A stretch of 64,000 nt of DNA. It comes from Octopus vulgaris (lineage: Eukaryota). Made by a program: the position numbers and the translations under genes. The notes under the pieces are model-generated. The model made no database searches. It was not told where the DNA came from and saw only the letters and a program-made list of their open reading frames with translations. Each line of letters opens with the position of its first letter. Position 1 is the stretch's first letter. Below, one piece after another: positions 51,500 to 63,795 of this stretch. Where the stretch lies: the NCBI GenBank assembly GCA_951406725.2, contig OX597837.1, positions 33,604,001-33,668,000 on the forward strand. Reading direction: 5' to 3'.

Positions 51500-52010
51500 A
51501 GGTGTGGAGCATAGTGGTTAGGGTATTCAGCTCACAATCTTCAGGTTGTGGGTTCAATTCCCAGTGACACATTATTTCACATTGCTCCAGTCCACTCAGC
51601 TGGCAAAAATGAGTTGTACCTGTATTTCAAAGGGTCCACCCTTGTCACATTCTGTGTCACACTGAATCTCTCTGAGAACCACGTTAAGGGTACACGTCTA
51701 TGTGGCTTAGTAGTTCAGGTTTCTCGTTCATGGTTGTAAGGTCATGAGTTCAATTCCTGGTGGCGTGTTGTCTTTGAGCAAGACACTTTATTTCAAGTTG
51801 CTCCTGTCCGCTTAGCTAGCAAGAGTGCATAGTACCAGTAATTCAAAGGGTCAATCTTGTTACATTCTGTATCACACTGTATCTCCCTGAGAACTACGTT
51901 AAGGGTACACGTCTGTGGAGTACTCAGCCACTTGCATGTTAATTCCACGAGTAAGGCTGTTCTGTTGATCAGATCGACTGGAACCCTGGTTGTCGTAACC
52001 AACAGTGTGC
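51500..52010 (+). mobile_element. Two CORE-head SINEs carrying the family C body and tail
   Basis: Heads at about 51500 and 51700, each followed by aaaggg...ttgtcacattctgtgtcacactg...gttaagggtacacg. Confidence 0.75.
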
Positions 52011-52374
52011 TGGTATTGGTACTCCTGTCAGTGAGCGCTTTACTTCCCATTCTGCTCAGCCAATGAAACCAATGGAATGGGTCAATGGCTGAAACAAAAG
52101 TAAAAGAAAAGGTGGTTGGATAGACTGTTGATGGATGGATGGATGGATGGGTGGGTGGATAGATAGCCAGAGGGATAGATTGAGGGAGAAGTAGGCAGGT
52201 AGGGAAACTGAAAGATAGATTAGATGGATAGGTAAAGAGATTGAAATATAGATAGAGAGAGAGAGAGACAGGATGACAGGTAGAGGAAAAAATAGGTTGT
52301 TAGACCAAAAAATAGATAAGATGGATGGATATATGGATGAATGGATAGATAGATAGATAGAAGGAATAGATATA

Positions 52375-52547
52375 GGCGCAGGAGTGGCTGTGTGGTAAGT
52401 AGCTTGCTAACCAACCACATGGTTCCGGGTTCAGTCCCACTGCGTGGCATCTTGGGCAAGTGTCTTCTGCTATAGCCTCGGGCCGACCAAAGCCTTGTAA
52501 GTGGATTTGGTAGACGGAAACTGAAAGAAGCCTGTCGTATATATGTT

Positions 52548-52578
<31 letters not shown>

Positions 52579-52775
52579 GTTTGTCCCCCTAGCATTGCTT
52601 GACAACCGATGCCGGTGTGTTTACGTCCCCGTCACTTAGCGGTTCGGCAAAAGAGACCGATAGAAAAAGTACTGGGCTTACAAAGAATAAGTCCCGGGGT
52701 CGATTTGCTCGACTAAAGGCGGTGCTCCAGCATGGCCGCAGTCAAATGACTGAAACAAGTAAAAGAGTAAAAGAG
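52375..52775 (+). mobile_element. SINE family A, full length, CpG-rich (young)
   Basis: Complete head to tail; best reference copy in the window. Confidence 0.93.
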
Positions 52776-53894
52776 ATGTATAGAGACAGACAGACAGACA
52801 GGTAGGTAGAAGAATGAATAGGTAGATTGAGGAATGGATGGAAGGATGGATTAGTAGGTAGATAGATTGATAAAAATGTACCTTGGTGTTGGCAGTGATT
52901 CTTATAACCAACCCAGTAACTCTGATTTACTTAACACCATGAAAACTGTCCTAAGCACTGGCTCTTAAGGACTCCTTTGGATGCTGGCGGTGGTGGTCTT
53001 GGTAGTGGCTTTGATGGTCTTAGTGATTAAGATTGGCCTGGATGACAACAATGGATGGTAGTCTTGGTAATAAGACTACCACCATTGGTAACTGTTGTGG
53101 TATGGGTGGGAATGGCGGGGGGGGGATGTGTGAGTGTTTGTGGTGTGTGAAGTGATGTCACCGAGGGACCAACCGGAGGGACAACCGGACCTTAGAAACT
53201 ATTGTTTGACGGGGAAGGAAGAGGTGGTGGTGGGGGGAGGAGGAAAGAAAGAAAGAAAGCAGTAAGAGTGAAACGTGTTGGATGGAAATGCACTCGTTGA
53301 ACTTGAGCTGTTAGACCAGCCATGATGATGATGGTGATGATGATGATGATAGTGGTGTGGTGTACAATCTGTCTGCTTGTTTATAATGAATCGATTTAAA
53401 AGTAGAGGAAAAAAACAGTTTGCTTTAATGTGCCTAGTAAACTGGTGTGTGTGTGTGTGTGTGTGAACTGACTCATGCCCTGCGTGTGTGTGTGTGTGTG
53501 TGTGTGTGTAAATAAGCTGACTAATACTTTTGTGTGTATGTGTATAAAGTTACTCATACTCGATGTGTATAGTCTGTGTATGTGTGTGTGTGGGTGTTTA
53601 TATGTAGACTGACCTGTGTTGTGTGGGGGTGGGGGGAACTTGGTTAATTATGTATGTATCTATAAAGTGACTTATTCTGTGTGTGTGTGTGTGTGTATTC
53701 TTTAGTGGATGTAAACAAATTCCTGTTACTGGGTATTTTTTAACTCAATTATGTAAAAGCAGTGTGTGTACATACGTATATCTGTGTGTGTGTGTGTGTG
53801 CATGGAGTTCAAAGGAGGCCAGGATATTTTAACATTAAATGATGTCTAATTTTCTTTAAAAACAAATTTCTATTGCCGTTAGTTTGAAAAGTAA

Positions 53895-54670
53895 TACCTC
53901 ATACTCTACTCAATGAGAGCTTTACCTCATACTCCACTCAGTGAGAGCTTTACCTCATACTCCACTCAGTGTGAGCTTTACCTCATATTCCACTCAGTGT
54001 GAGCTTTACCTCATACTCCACTCAGTGAGAGCTTTACCTCATACTCCACTCAGTGTGAGCTTTACTTCATACTCCACTCAGTGAGAGCTTTACCTCATAC
54101 TCCACTCAGTGAGAGCTTTACCTCATACTCCACTCAGTGAGAGCTTTACCTCATACTCCACTCAGTGAGAGCTTTACCTTGTACTCCACTTGGTGAGACC
54201 TTTACTTCATATACCATTTGGTGAGAGCTTTACCTCATACTCCACTCGGTGAGAGCTTTACCTCATACTCCACTCAGTGAGAGCTTTACCTCATACTCCA
54301 CTCAGTGAGAGCTTTACCTCATACTCCACTCAGTGAGAGCTTTACCTCATACTCCACTCAGTGAGAGCTTTACCTCATACTCCATTCAATGAGAGCTTTA
54401 CCTCATACTCCACTCAGTGAGAGCTTTACCTCATACTCCACTCAGTGAGAGCTCTACCTCATACTCTACTCAGTGAGAGCTTTACCTCATACTCCACTCA
54501 GTGAGAGCTTTACCTCATACTCCACTTGGTGTGAGCTTTACCTCATACTCCACTCAGTGAGAGCTTTACCTTGTACTCCACTCAATGTGAGCTTTACCTC
54601 ATACTCCACTCGGTGAGAGCTTTACCTCATACTCCACTCGGTGAGAGCTTTACCTCGTACTCCACTCAGA
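53895..54670. repeat. 28-bp minisatellite (tttacctcatactccactcagtgagagc), about 27 copies
   Basis: Exact 28-bp period, e.g. 53921 and 53949; no spacers. Confidence 0.96.
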
Positions 54671-55484
54671 GCCTGAACCAACAAATAAACCTTAATGAAG
54701 ACTTTGACCTACGAGAAATAGCAGCCAAATTTCTCTTATATACAAACACTCATTATCTCGTACATCTGTTCTTATTTTTGAAATTGAGGTGTGATTCAAG
54801 GTATATTTGGTTGCTAATTCTAAGAGGTCAAGCTACTGTGTAAGAGGCCTCTTTGTTGACTTGGTTATTGTTAGTGTGTGGTAGCGGTGATGGTGGTGAT
54901 GGCGGAGATGAAATTGTAACAGTTCCTTTGTTCTGTTGTATAAAGATATGTTAGGTATGAAAGTAGTTGTAGCAGTTAGTAGTAGTAGATAGGTGTGTAA
55001 TCTAATTGGATAGACAGAGGTGTGTGTGAATGTAGAAACCTTCCTGAATTCTTAAAACCAAAAGTAAGACATTGGCATTGTCATGTGATTGGCATCGATG
55101 GATGGATGGATGGAGGGATGAGTGTAAAAGTGGAGCGACAGAAGAAAGAAGAGAGCGAATTATAAAAAGAAAAAGGAGTTCGTTTCGCTGGGCACTGCAT
55201 AGCCCCTGGCATAAAGTGGGGTGGGAGAGGGAGTTGAGTGTTGTAGGTAATTGAATTCAGCTCCCAACCCACTTATATGACTGGTACTCATTTTCAGCCT
55301 AATTATATGGATGTGTCCCATTTTAGCCTCTCGACCCAGTTGTATTACCGCCACTTGCTTATTTACGCTGTCAACCCAATTATATTACTGCTACTTCTCT
55401 AATTATCCTCTCAGTCCCGTTGTCAATATTGGCAAAGATTAAAACTCAAACAATGCAGTCCTTTCTCATCACTACTGTATTTCT

Positions 55485-55891
55485 TTCCTTTCTTTAATTT
55501 GCTTCAGTCATTTTGACTGTGGCCATGCTGGAGCACTGCCTTTAATTGAGCAAATCGACCCGAAGACTTATTCTTCGTCAGCCCAGTACTTATTCTATTG
55601 GTCTCTTTTGCTGAACTGCTAAGTTATGGGGGATGTAAACACACCAACACCGGTTGCCAAGCAATGGTGGGGGTACAAACACAGACACACAAACATACAC
55701 ACACACACATACATACATACATATATATATATGCGTGACAGGCTTCTTTCAGTCTCCGCCTACCAAATCCACTCTCAAGGCTTTGGTCGGTCTGAGGCTA
55801 TAGTGGAAGACACTTGCCCAAGGTACCACGCAGTGGGACTGAACCCAGAACCATGTGCTTGGCAAGCAAATTACTTACCACACAGCCACTC
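55485..55891 (-). mobile_element. SINE family A
   Basis: Reverse complement of family A. Confidence 0.88.
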
Positions 55892-55899
55892 AGTAATAA

Positions 55900-56975
55900 G
55901 GATTCTTTCTAATATTTGGCATAAGGCCTGCAATTATACTGACCCCCCCCCAGTGCTCAGCTGGTACTTATTCTATTGACCCTAAAAGGATGAAGAGCAA
56001 AGCCCAGGCCAGTGGCATTTGAACTCAGAATGTAGCAACAGGTGAAGTGCCACCATGCATCTTGTCTGATATGCTAATTTTGTTAGTTCACCACCTTGAT
56101 AATAATAATAATAATAATAATTTCTGCTAAAGGCACAAGAGCTGAAATTTTAAGGGATGGAATAAGTTGATTACATTGACCCCAGTGTACAACTGGTATT
56201 TATTTCATTGGACTAAGGTGGCGAGCTGGCAGAAATGTTAGCACGCCGGGCGAAATGCTTAGCGGTATTTCGTCTGCGTTACGTTCTGAGTTCAAATTCC
56301 GCCGAGGTCGACTTTGCCTTTCATCCTTTCGGGGTCGATAAATTAAGTACCAGTTACGCACTGGGGTCGATGTAATCGACTTAATACCTATGTCTGTCCT
56401 TGTTTGTCCCCTCTATGTTTAGCCCCTTGTGGGTAATAAAGAAATAGGTATTTATTTCATTGACCGCCCCCCCTCGGGTGGAAGGCACAGTTGACCTCAG
56501 TGGAATTTGAACCTAGAATGTAAAGACAGACACATCACCATGCATTTTATCTGATGTGTTAACTAATTCTGTCAGTTCATCACCTTAATAATAATAATAA
56601 TAATCATTTCTACTAAAGGCACAAAGCCTGAAATTTTGTAGGAGGGGACTAGTCGATTACATCAACCCCAGTGCACAACTGGTACTTAATCTTTTTGACC
56701 CCTAAAGGATGAAAAGCAAAGTCGACCTTGGCGGAATTTGAACTCAGACTGTAAAATAATGATAGTGATAATAGTTTCGAATTTTGGCACAAGGCCAGCA
56801 AGTTTCAGGCAAGGGGCCCAGTTGATTACATCAATTCCAGTGTTCAACTGGTACATATTTTATTGACCCTGAAAGAATGAAAAGTAAAGGTGACCTCAGC
56901 AGAATTTGAACTCAGGACATAAGAAGTTGGAAAAAGTGCAGCTAAGCATTTTGTCTGCTGCACAAACAATTCTAT
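55900..56975 (-). mobile_element. Array of about 4 minus-strand family B SINEs with a nested plus-strand copy at 56217-56446
   Basis: Nested copy flanked by TSD ggtatttatttcattg. Confidence 0.87.
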
Positions 56976-57124
56976 ATTAATAAAGATAATTAGGATTATC
57001 TAAAATTTGTTGATTGACTTTTGATAAGGTACAAAGCCAGATTTAAACAAGGGTGTGGTGGTGGTGGTGGTGGAAAAGTCTTCTCTATCTGGCTCAACCA
57101 TTAATCATTATCATTAATCAATGT

Positions 57125-57616
57125 TCCTTTCCTTCTTGGGACACAAAACTCCACTTGTGAAGACCTGTTGAGGCAAGTGAAAATCCAAATCAGAATCGTA
57201 ATCTAACAACATCAGTGGAATTTGTAGCTTTGATACCAGTGCCAGTGGCACGTAAGAGAACTATCCAAACGTGGCCGTAGCCAGTGCTGCCCTGACTGGC
57301 TTTCGTGCTGGTGGCACGTAAAAAGCACCATCCGACCATGGCCGTTGCCAGCTTTGTCTGGTCTCCGTGCCAGTGGCACGTAAAAAGCACCATCCGATCG
57401 TGGCTGTTTGCCAGCCTCGTCTGGCACTTGTGCCGGTGGCACGTAAAAAGCACCCACTACACTCATGGAGCGGTTGGCGTTAGGAAGGGCATCCAGCTGT
57501 AGAAACACTGCCAGATCAGACTGGAGCCTGGTGCAGCCTTCTGGCTTCCCAGACCCCAGTTGAACCGTCCAACCCATGCTAGCATGGAAAGCGGACGTTA
57601 AACGATGATGATGATG
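57125..57616 (+). mobile_element. Family D, longest plus-strand copy, with four ~62-bp subrepeats
   Basis: gtggcacgtaa repeated 4 times, then the common 3' end and (gat)n. Confidence 0.82.
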
Positions 57617-58065
57617 AATGTGTGATGTTATTTAGCCATGGTTCAACACTGGTCATGTAGGCCAGTTCTCAACCAGGGTCCATACAAGATTTTCGGTGGG
57701 GTCACAGTAATTTTTCAGGAGCCATGAAAAAATTGTGCTTTAGACCAGTAAAGTTTGTTTAATAAAATCAGTTATACTTCTACATTATTACATGAAATAT
57801 TTTAACAATTTTAATACAGTTCCTAATAGGGGTGGGCAGGGGGCTCCACAAAAGTAAAATAGAAATCAAAGGGGTCCAGAGGCAAAAAATGGTTGAGAAC
57901 CCTTGATGTAGATTTACAATTAAAGGCATTCCTACCATGGCCATCTTCTGATGTTACGGGTATCTGGGACTCCATTATCTAATCTATCCTTCCATTTGTA
58001 TTTTTCTTTTGTACGAGAGAAAGATTTTAACTGCTATTTCTAGTATGTTGAGTGACTGCCTAGAG

Positions 58066-58254
58066 CAGTGATTCCCACCTTTCTATTCATATCCAGGCCA
58101 GACCTGGATGTTTTTTAGGGGGTTGTACCAAGGAAAAAAAAAGGAAAAAAAGTCATAAGAAAATTTATATTTCTAGAGGGAAGATCTTCGGGGGCTGCCA
58201 GAAGATTGCTTGAGGGCCACATGCAGCTCTTGGACCCACAGTTGAGAACTGCTG
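58066..58254. mobile_element. hAT-like MITE; a second short hAT-like MITE follows at 58263-58377
   Basis: Ends cagtgattcccacc / gttgagaactgctg; flanks gcctagag / tcttagag. Confidence 0.65.
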
Positions 58255-58939
58255 TCTTAGAGTAGGCATGGGTAACCATTTTCGAGAAACAGGCCACATG
58301 AGAAATGGCTCATCATTAGGTGGGCTTAAAAGTATGCCATTCAGAAGGTCCCGTGAGTTGCAGTTTGCTCCTGCCTGGCCACAACATTTCCCTTTGTTGG
58401 TGTGTGTGTGTGTGTGTGTTTGTTCGGTACAATGTATTTTATTTACTGGTACTTACACATTTGTTTTATCAATATCTTTTGTGAGATAAGCTGCAAGCTG
58501 GCGGAATTGTTACTTCGATATAATGCCATTAAGAAATGCTTAGTGGCATTTTGTCTGTCTTTACGTTCTGAGTTCAAATTCCACTGAGGTCAAATTTATC
58601 TTTCATCCTTTCGATGGGGGTTGATAAAATAAGCACCAAAGTTTGGGATTGATGTAAAATTGACTTACTCCTCTAAAATTGCTGGCATTGTGCCAAAATT
58701 TGAAACCAATATTTTGTGAGATGGAAAATAAACATGAACAGAATTGCATTGCATAACCAGTGGCGAAGGGAGAGGGAATAGAGAGAAAAGTAGTTAGGTT
58801 GGAAGGAGAGGTGTGTGTATATATTTTTGTCGATTGACCACTAACTGTGAGTGAGTTACTGTGGAATTGTGTCAATGACCAGGTCAAAGCTGCACTGGAC
58901 AGTGAGGAATATAAGGTGATTTTGGTGTATTCTGAAATA

Positions 58940-59086
58940 GGCGCAGGAGTGGCTTGCTAACCAACCACATGGTTCTGGGTTCAGTCCCACTGCGTGGCAT
59001 CTTGGGCAAGTGTCTTCTGCTATAGCCCCGGGCCGACCAATGCCTTGTGAGTGGATTTCGTAGACGGAAACTGAAAGAAGCCTGTC

Positions 59087-59132
<46 letters not shown>

Positions 59133-59330
59133 ATGTGTTTGTCTCCCTAGCATTGCTTGACAACCGATGCTGGTGTGTTTATGTCCCTGTTACTTAGCGG
59201 TTCAGCAAAAAGAGACCGATAGAATAAGTACTGGGCTTGCAAAAGAATAAGTCCCGGGGTCAAGTTGCTCGATTAAAAAGCGGTGCTCCAGCATGGCTGC
59301 AGTCAAATGACTGAAACGAGTAAAAGAGAG
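58940..59330 (+). mobile_element. SINE family A flanked by a ~120-bp direct repeat
   Basis: 58819-58940 is repeated at 59331-59448. Confidence 0.92.
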
Positions 59331-59552
59331 ATATATTTTTGTCGATTGACCACTAACTGTGAGTTACTGTGGAATTGTGTCAATGACCAGGTCAAAGCTG
59401 CACTGGACAGTGAGGAATATAAGGTGGTTTTTGTGTATTCTGAAATAGCTACACACACTCACACGCATACAGATATATACACACACACTTATACCCCTCT
59501 ACACAATTTTACACACTTTCGTACATACTTATGCACACTTATCTCAGTACGT

Positions 59553-59935
59553 GGAGGCGCAATGGCCCAGTGGTTAGGGCAGCGGACTCGCGGTCATAGG
59601 ATCGCGGTTTCGATTCCCAGACCGGGCGTTGTGAGTGTTTATTGAGCGGAAACACCTAAAGCTCCACGAGGCTCCGGCAGGGGATGGTGGTGATCTCTGC
59701 TGTACTCTTTCACCACAACTTTCTCTCACTCTTACTTCCTGTTTCTGGTGTACCTGTATTTGAAAGGGCCGGCCTTGTCACTCTCTGTGCCACGCTGAAT
59801 ATCCCCGAGAACTACGTTAAGGGTACACGTGTCTGTGGAATGCTCAGCCACTTACACATTAATTTCACGAGCAGGCTGTTCCGTTGATTCGGATCAACCG
59901 GAACCCTCGTCGTCGTAACCGACGGAGTGCTTCCA
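59553..59935 (+). mobile_element. SINE family C, full length
   Basis: TSD ttatctcagtac at 59539-59550 and 59936-59947. Confidence 0.93.
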
Positions 59936-60577
59936 TTATCTCAGTACACAACATACACCCCACACACACACACACACACACACAGGCAAGCTTCCATACA
60001 GTTTCCCCTCTTGCAAATTCCACTAGCAATGTTTTTACCCAAGATATCCACTGCTGCACACTGGAATTGAACCTCAAGCTTCATCATGGTTTTAGACACG
60101 AACTTCTTTAACCCCATAGCCCCCTAAATCCTTTTGTTCATTTACTTGACTAGTAAAAATATTTATTATATTTTATCTCCCCTGGAAGGACTGAAGGTTA
60201 AAAAAAAAAAAGGACCTCTCGGAATTTGAACCGAGAATGTAAAGGGCCGTTACGAAAAATGCCCCATAGCATCTTATCATTCTGTTGTTTTTGTCATCAC
60301 AAGAAAAATACACAAGGAAATGAATGTGTGTTTGATTAAATCGATCCAGGTTTTTTCTTAGTCCCTTAAAAAAATGCAAAAGAATGACCTAAAATTATTT
60401 TAAATGATTGTTATTCGATGGTTGTTATGACCCAATTCTCCTTATGTAAAATAAAAATAATAATCAATCGCTCAATGCAAACAATAATAATTTGTAGGCA
60501 AAATATATTGACACATTGCATACCCTTATCATCATCATCATCATTAATTATCAAAAATATAAAAATAAAAAGAATTA

Positions 60578-60619
<42 letters not shown>

Positions 60620-61164
60620 CCGTAGTATGTAATTAAATGTATATTGATATTATATGAATAAATTGATAAAAAGGGAGAAATTATTATTATTAAAAGTCAA
60701 CCAGAACAAGAAAGGGGAAGAGAGAGAGAGAGAGGGGTGACTGGAGATGCAACGAATGCTTGCATGTCGTAGTTGCAGTTTTGCTGCTTGTTTCTATGTA
60801 GACACACACACACATATATATATATATATATGTACACAATATGTACACGCAATCGCGTGCAAAAAAAAAAAGACAAGCCTCCAGATGTTGTTGTTATTGT
60901 TGATGATGATGATGATGATGATAATTTTGTAGAAAAATATTTAAAAAATACATAAATAAATAAATAACAAATCAGCAAACGGTAAAAGTAAACAAAAATG
61001 TTTTTTTTTCCCACTTTCCTTTGTCCACAAACTGCTTTCAATAGCAAACTTATCTGATGTCACTAAAGAGTCAAATGAGAGTTCTCTCCCTTCTCTTACG
61101 TACTCTCGTTATTTGTGAGGCAGTTTCAGTCTTTTTATTGTTTATGTTTATTGCCTCGACTCAC

Positions 61165-61385
61165 CTCTGACCTCCTCTCACTCTCTCACGCACTTGTTTA
61201 TATCTCAGGCGTTGCAGCCGTGGCTATCCTGCCTTTTTCTTTCCCTAGACATTGCGTACGTACATCTGTGTATAATAGAATGAGAGAGAGGTCTGATTAT
61301 AAAAACAGGGAAATAGAACCAAAAACATGAGTTTTTCAGCAAAGGATATACAGCGCCGAAGCACGAAACACTCGGCCTTCCGTCG
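61165..61385 (-). promoter_or_regulatory. Candidate non-coding first exon or promoter-proximal region
   Basis: Minus-strand GAG|GTGAGT donor at 61165/61164; non-repetitive and CpG-retaining; only short uORF-like frames (MSRERKRQDSHGCNA*). Confidence 0.4.
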
Positions 61386-61609
61386 GGTCCCGGTGCGCGC
61401 ACTCGCGCATCCGAGCTAGCTAGTCGTGACTAGTCGATCCTTACTTTGTGTTTTTTGTGCTTTATTTAGTTTGTTTAAAAAAATTATTTACTTTGTGTTT
61501 TATTTGTTTTTAAAATTTTTTTTTTTTATTTTGTATTTTATTTACTTTGCTAGGTAGTCGTAGGATCGACTAGTCACGACTAGCTAGCGCGAGTGCACGC
61601 ACCGGGACC
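61386..61609. repeat. 224-bp fold-back: 48-bp CpG-rich inverted arms around a T-rich spacer
   Basis: 61386-61441 vs 61562-61609: one mismatch plus an 8-bp insertion in the left arm. Confidence 0.9.
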
Positions 61610-61669
61610 ACTCTTCTTAAGTAGTGGCACTCGTATCGAAATTTAGCCAATTATAATAATAATAAAGCC

Positions 61670-61882
61670 TTTCTAATATAGGCACAAAGCCTAGGATTTT
61701 GGGGGAGTGGACTTTTCAGTTACGTCGAACCAGTTCATAACTGGTATTTATTTTATCGACTCCCCGAAAGGATAAAAGCCAAAGTCGACCTCGGCGGAAT
61801 TTGAACTCGGGACGTAAAGACGGACGAAATGCCGCTAAGCATTTTGTCCGGTCTACTAACGATTCTGCCAGCTTGCTGCCTT
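61670..61882 (-). mobile_element. SINE family B
   Basis: Reverse complement of family B. Confidence 0.85.
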
Positions 61883-62110
61883 CTATAATGATGATGATGA
61901 TGATGATGCATGTGTGTGTGTGTGTATACTGGTGTATGTATTTATGTGTGTGTTCTTGTTTCAGTCATTTGACTGCAGCAGCCATGCTGGAGCACCGCTT
62001 TGAATAGATTATTCGACAACGTTGAGACACGAACTCACAATCTTCTGATTCGAAGTCTTTTTATCTTTTACACGTTTCAGTGATTAAACTTCGGCCACAC
62101 TGGAGCACCG

Positions 62111-62151
<41 letters not shown>

Positions 62152-62902
62152 ACGTGCACTTTTTTAAAATATCTAAGAAGTAGCGTGATTTGAAAGAGAT
62201 ATGGTTGTTACTTCTAATTGGTTGGACGATGGTTTAGACTGCATGTTTGATGTTTTTATTAATGTTGCTTGGTCTCAGGTCATTCCTGGTTTAGTAGATC
62301 TATCATAAAAAAGCGTTCCAGTCACAGGCATCCCTTCTGGCATGGTGTGTGTGTGTGTGTGTATTATCGAATATAATCTTTTGATATCATTAATTATAGA
62401 CTCTTGCAATCTCGGGGAGGGTGCGACGCACAGACAGGCAATATCTCGCCTAACACATTCTATTGAATCACATTAGCAACATCAGCAGTGACTTGCAAAA
62501 TATATTTGGGTGTCTGGGAGAGAGAGAGAGAACGAATCCAATTAACCGGACTCGAAACGCCCCTCCCGTAATTGACACCCTTCCCTTTTTAAAATGGGAA
62601 ATTCTAGTTGCTGTTGTTTCTAGTGAGAAGAACGGCCATGAAGAGATCCCATAGTTTTCTTTTATTTGGATAAAGATGTATTGTTTGTCCTGTCTGTCTA
62701 CCTACCTCTCTCTCATTCACAGTACCACAAACAGTTGGTACTGGTTTTTGCTTTTTGCTTATATGGTTAGGTAGACTTTAACTGCCCCGCCTCTCTCTCT
62801 GCTGGTTTTGTTGCTGTGTATATATGTGTGTGTATATTATATTTGTGTGAGTGAGAGAGGTAGACAGACAGGACACAATACCTCTTTGTCCAGATATATT
62901 TC

Positions 62903-63281
62903 TCTCTTTTCTCTTTTACTTGTTTCAGTCATTCGACTGCGGCCATGCTGGAGCAGCGCCTTTAGTCGAGAGCAAATCGACCCCGGGACTTATTCTTTGT
63001 AAGCCCAGTACTTATTCTATCGGTCTCTTTTGCCGAACCGCTATGTGACGGGACGTAAACACACCAGCATCGGTTGTCAATGCTAGGGGGACAAACACAC
63101 ACACACATATATATATATACATATATACGACAGGCTTCTTTCATTTTCCGTCTACCAAATCCACTCACAAGGCATTGGTCAGCCCGGGGCTATAGCAGAA
63201 GACACTTGCCCAAGATGCCACGCAGTGGGACTGAACCCGGGACCATGTGGTTGGTTAGCAAGCTACTTACCACACAGCCAC
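62903..63281 (-). mobile_element. SINE family A, near full length
   Basis: Reverse complement of family A. Confidence 0.9.
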
Positions 63282-63795
63282 GATCCTCTTTCTTTTTTAG
63301 ATTGAAGATCTTTATAATTGCTGGGTTTTTTTTCTGTGTTATGATTTATAAACTTTCAGTCTGTATAAATGCCTGTAATTTTTTTTATGAGGTGGGGAGG
63401 TCCCCCACAAGAGTTTCTCAACCATTTCTTACCTCTGGGACTCCTTTGATCCCTACATTACTCAAACGGACCCACACAGCCATTCGATCTTTTAAAAACA
63501 ACCCTATTTCCCTCTCTCTCTTTGGGAGAGGCACAAGCACCTACACACACATATACACACACGGCAGTAACTTCCACCTACCGAATTCAATCACAAAGCT
63601 CCGGTCAGCTCGGGGCTATAGTGAAAGACACCTACCCAAAGTGCCACGCAGTGGGACTGAACCCGAAACCATGTAGCTAGGAAGCAAGCTCCCTAACCAC
63701 ACAGCCATGCCCTTCTTTTGTGTAATTGTAGAAGTATAACTAATTTATTGCAAATAAATTTTAGCAACAAAATCTTATCGGGGACCTCCACCAAG

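Noticed and set aside
53895-54670. CRISPR-like 28-bp periodicity
   Set aside because: Units are contiguous with no unique spacers, there are no cas genes, and the context is eukaryotic
59553-59625. tRNA-like sequence
   Set aside because: It is a SINE head: it continues into the SINE body, is flanked by a TSD, and I cannot fold a convincing acceptor stem
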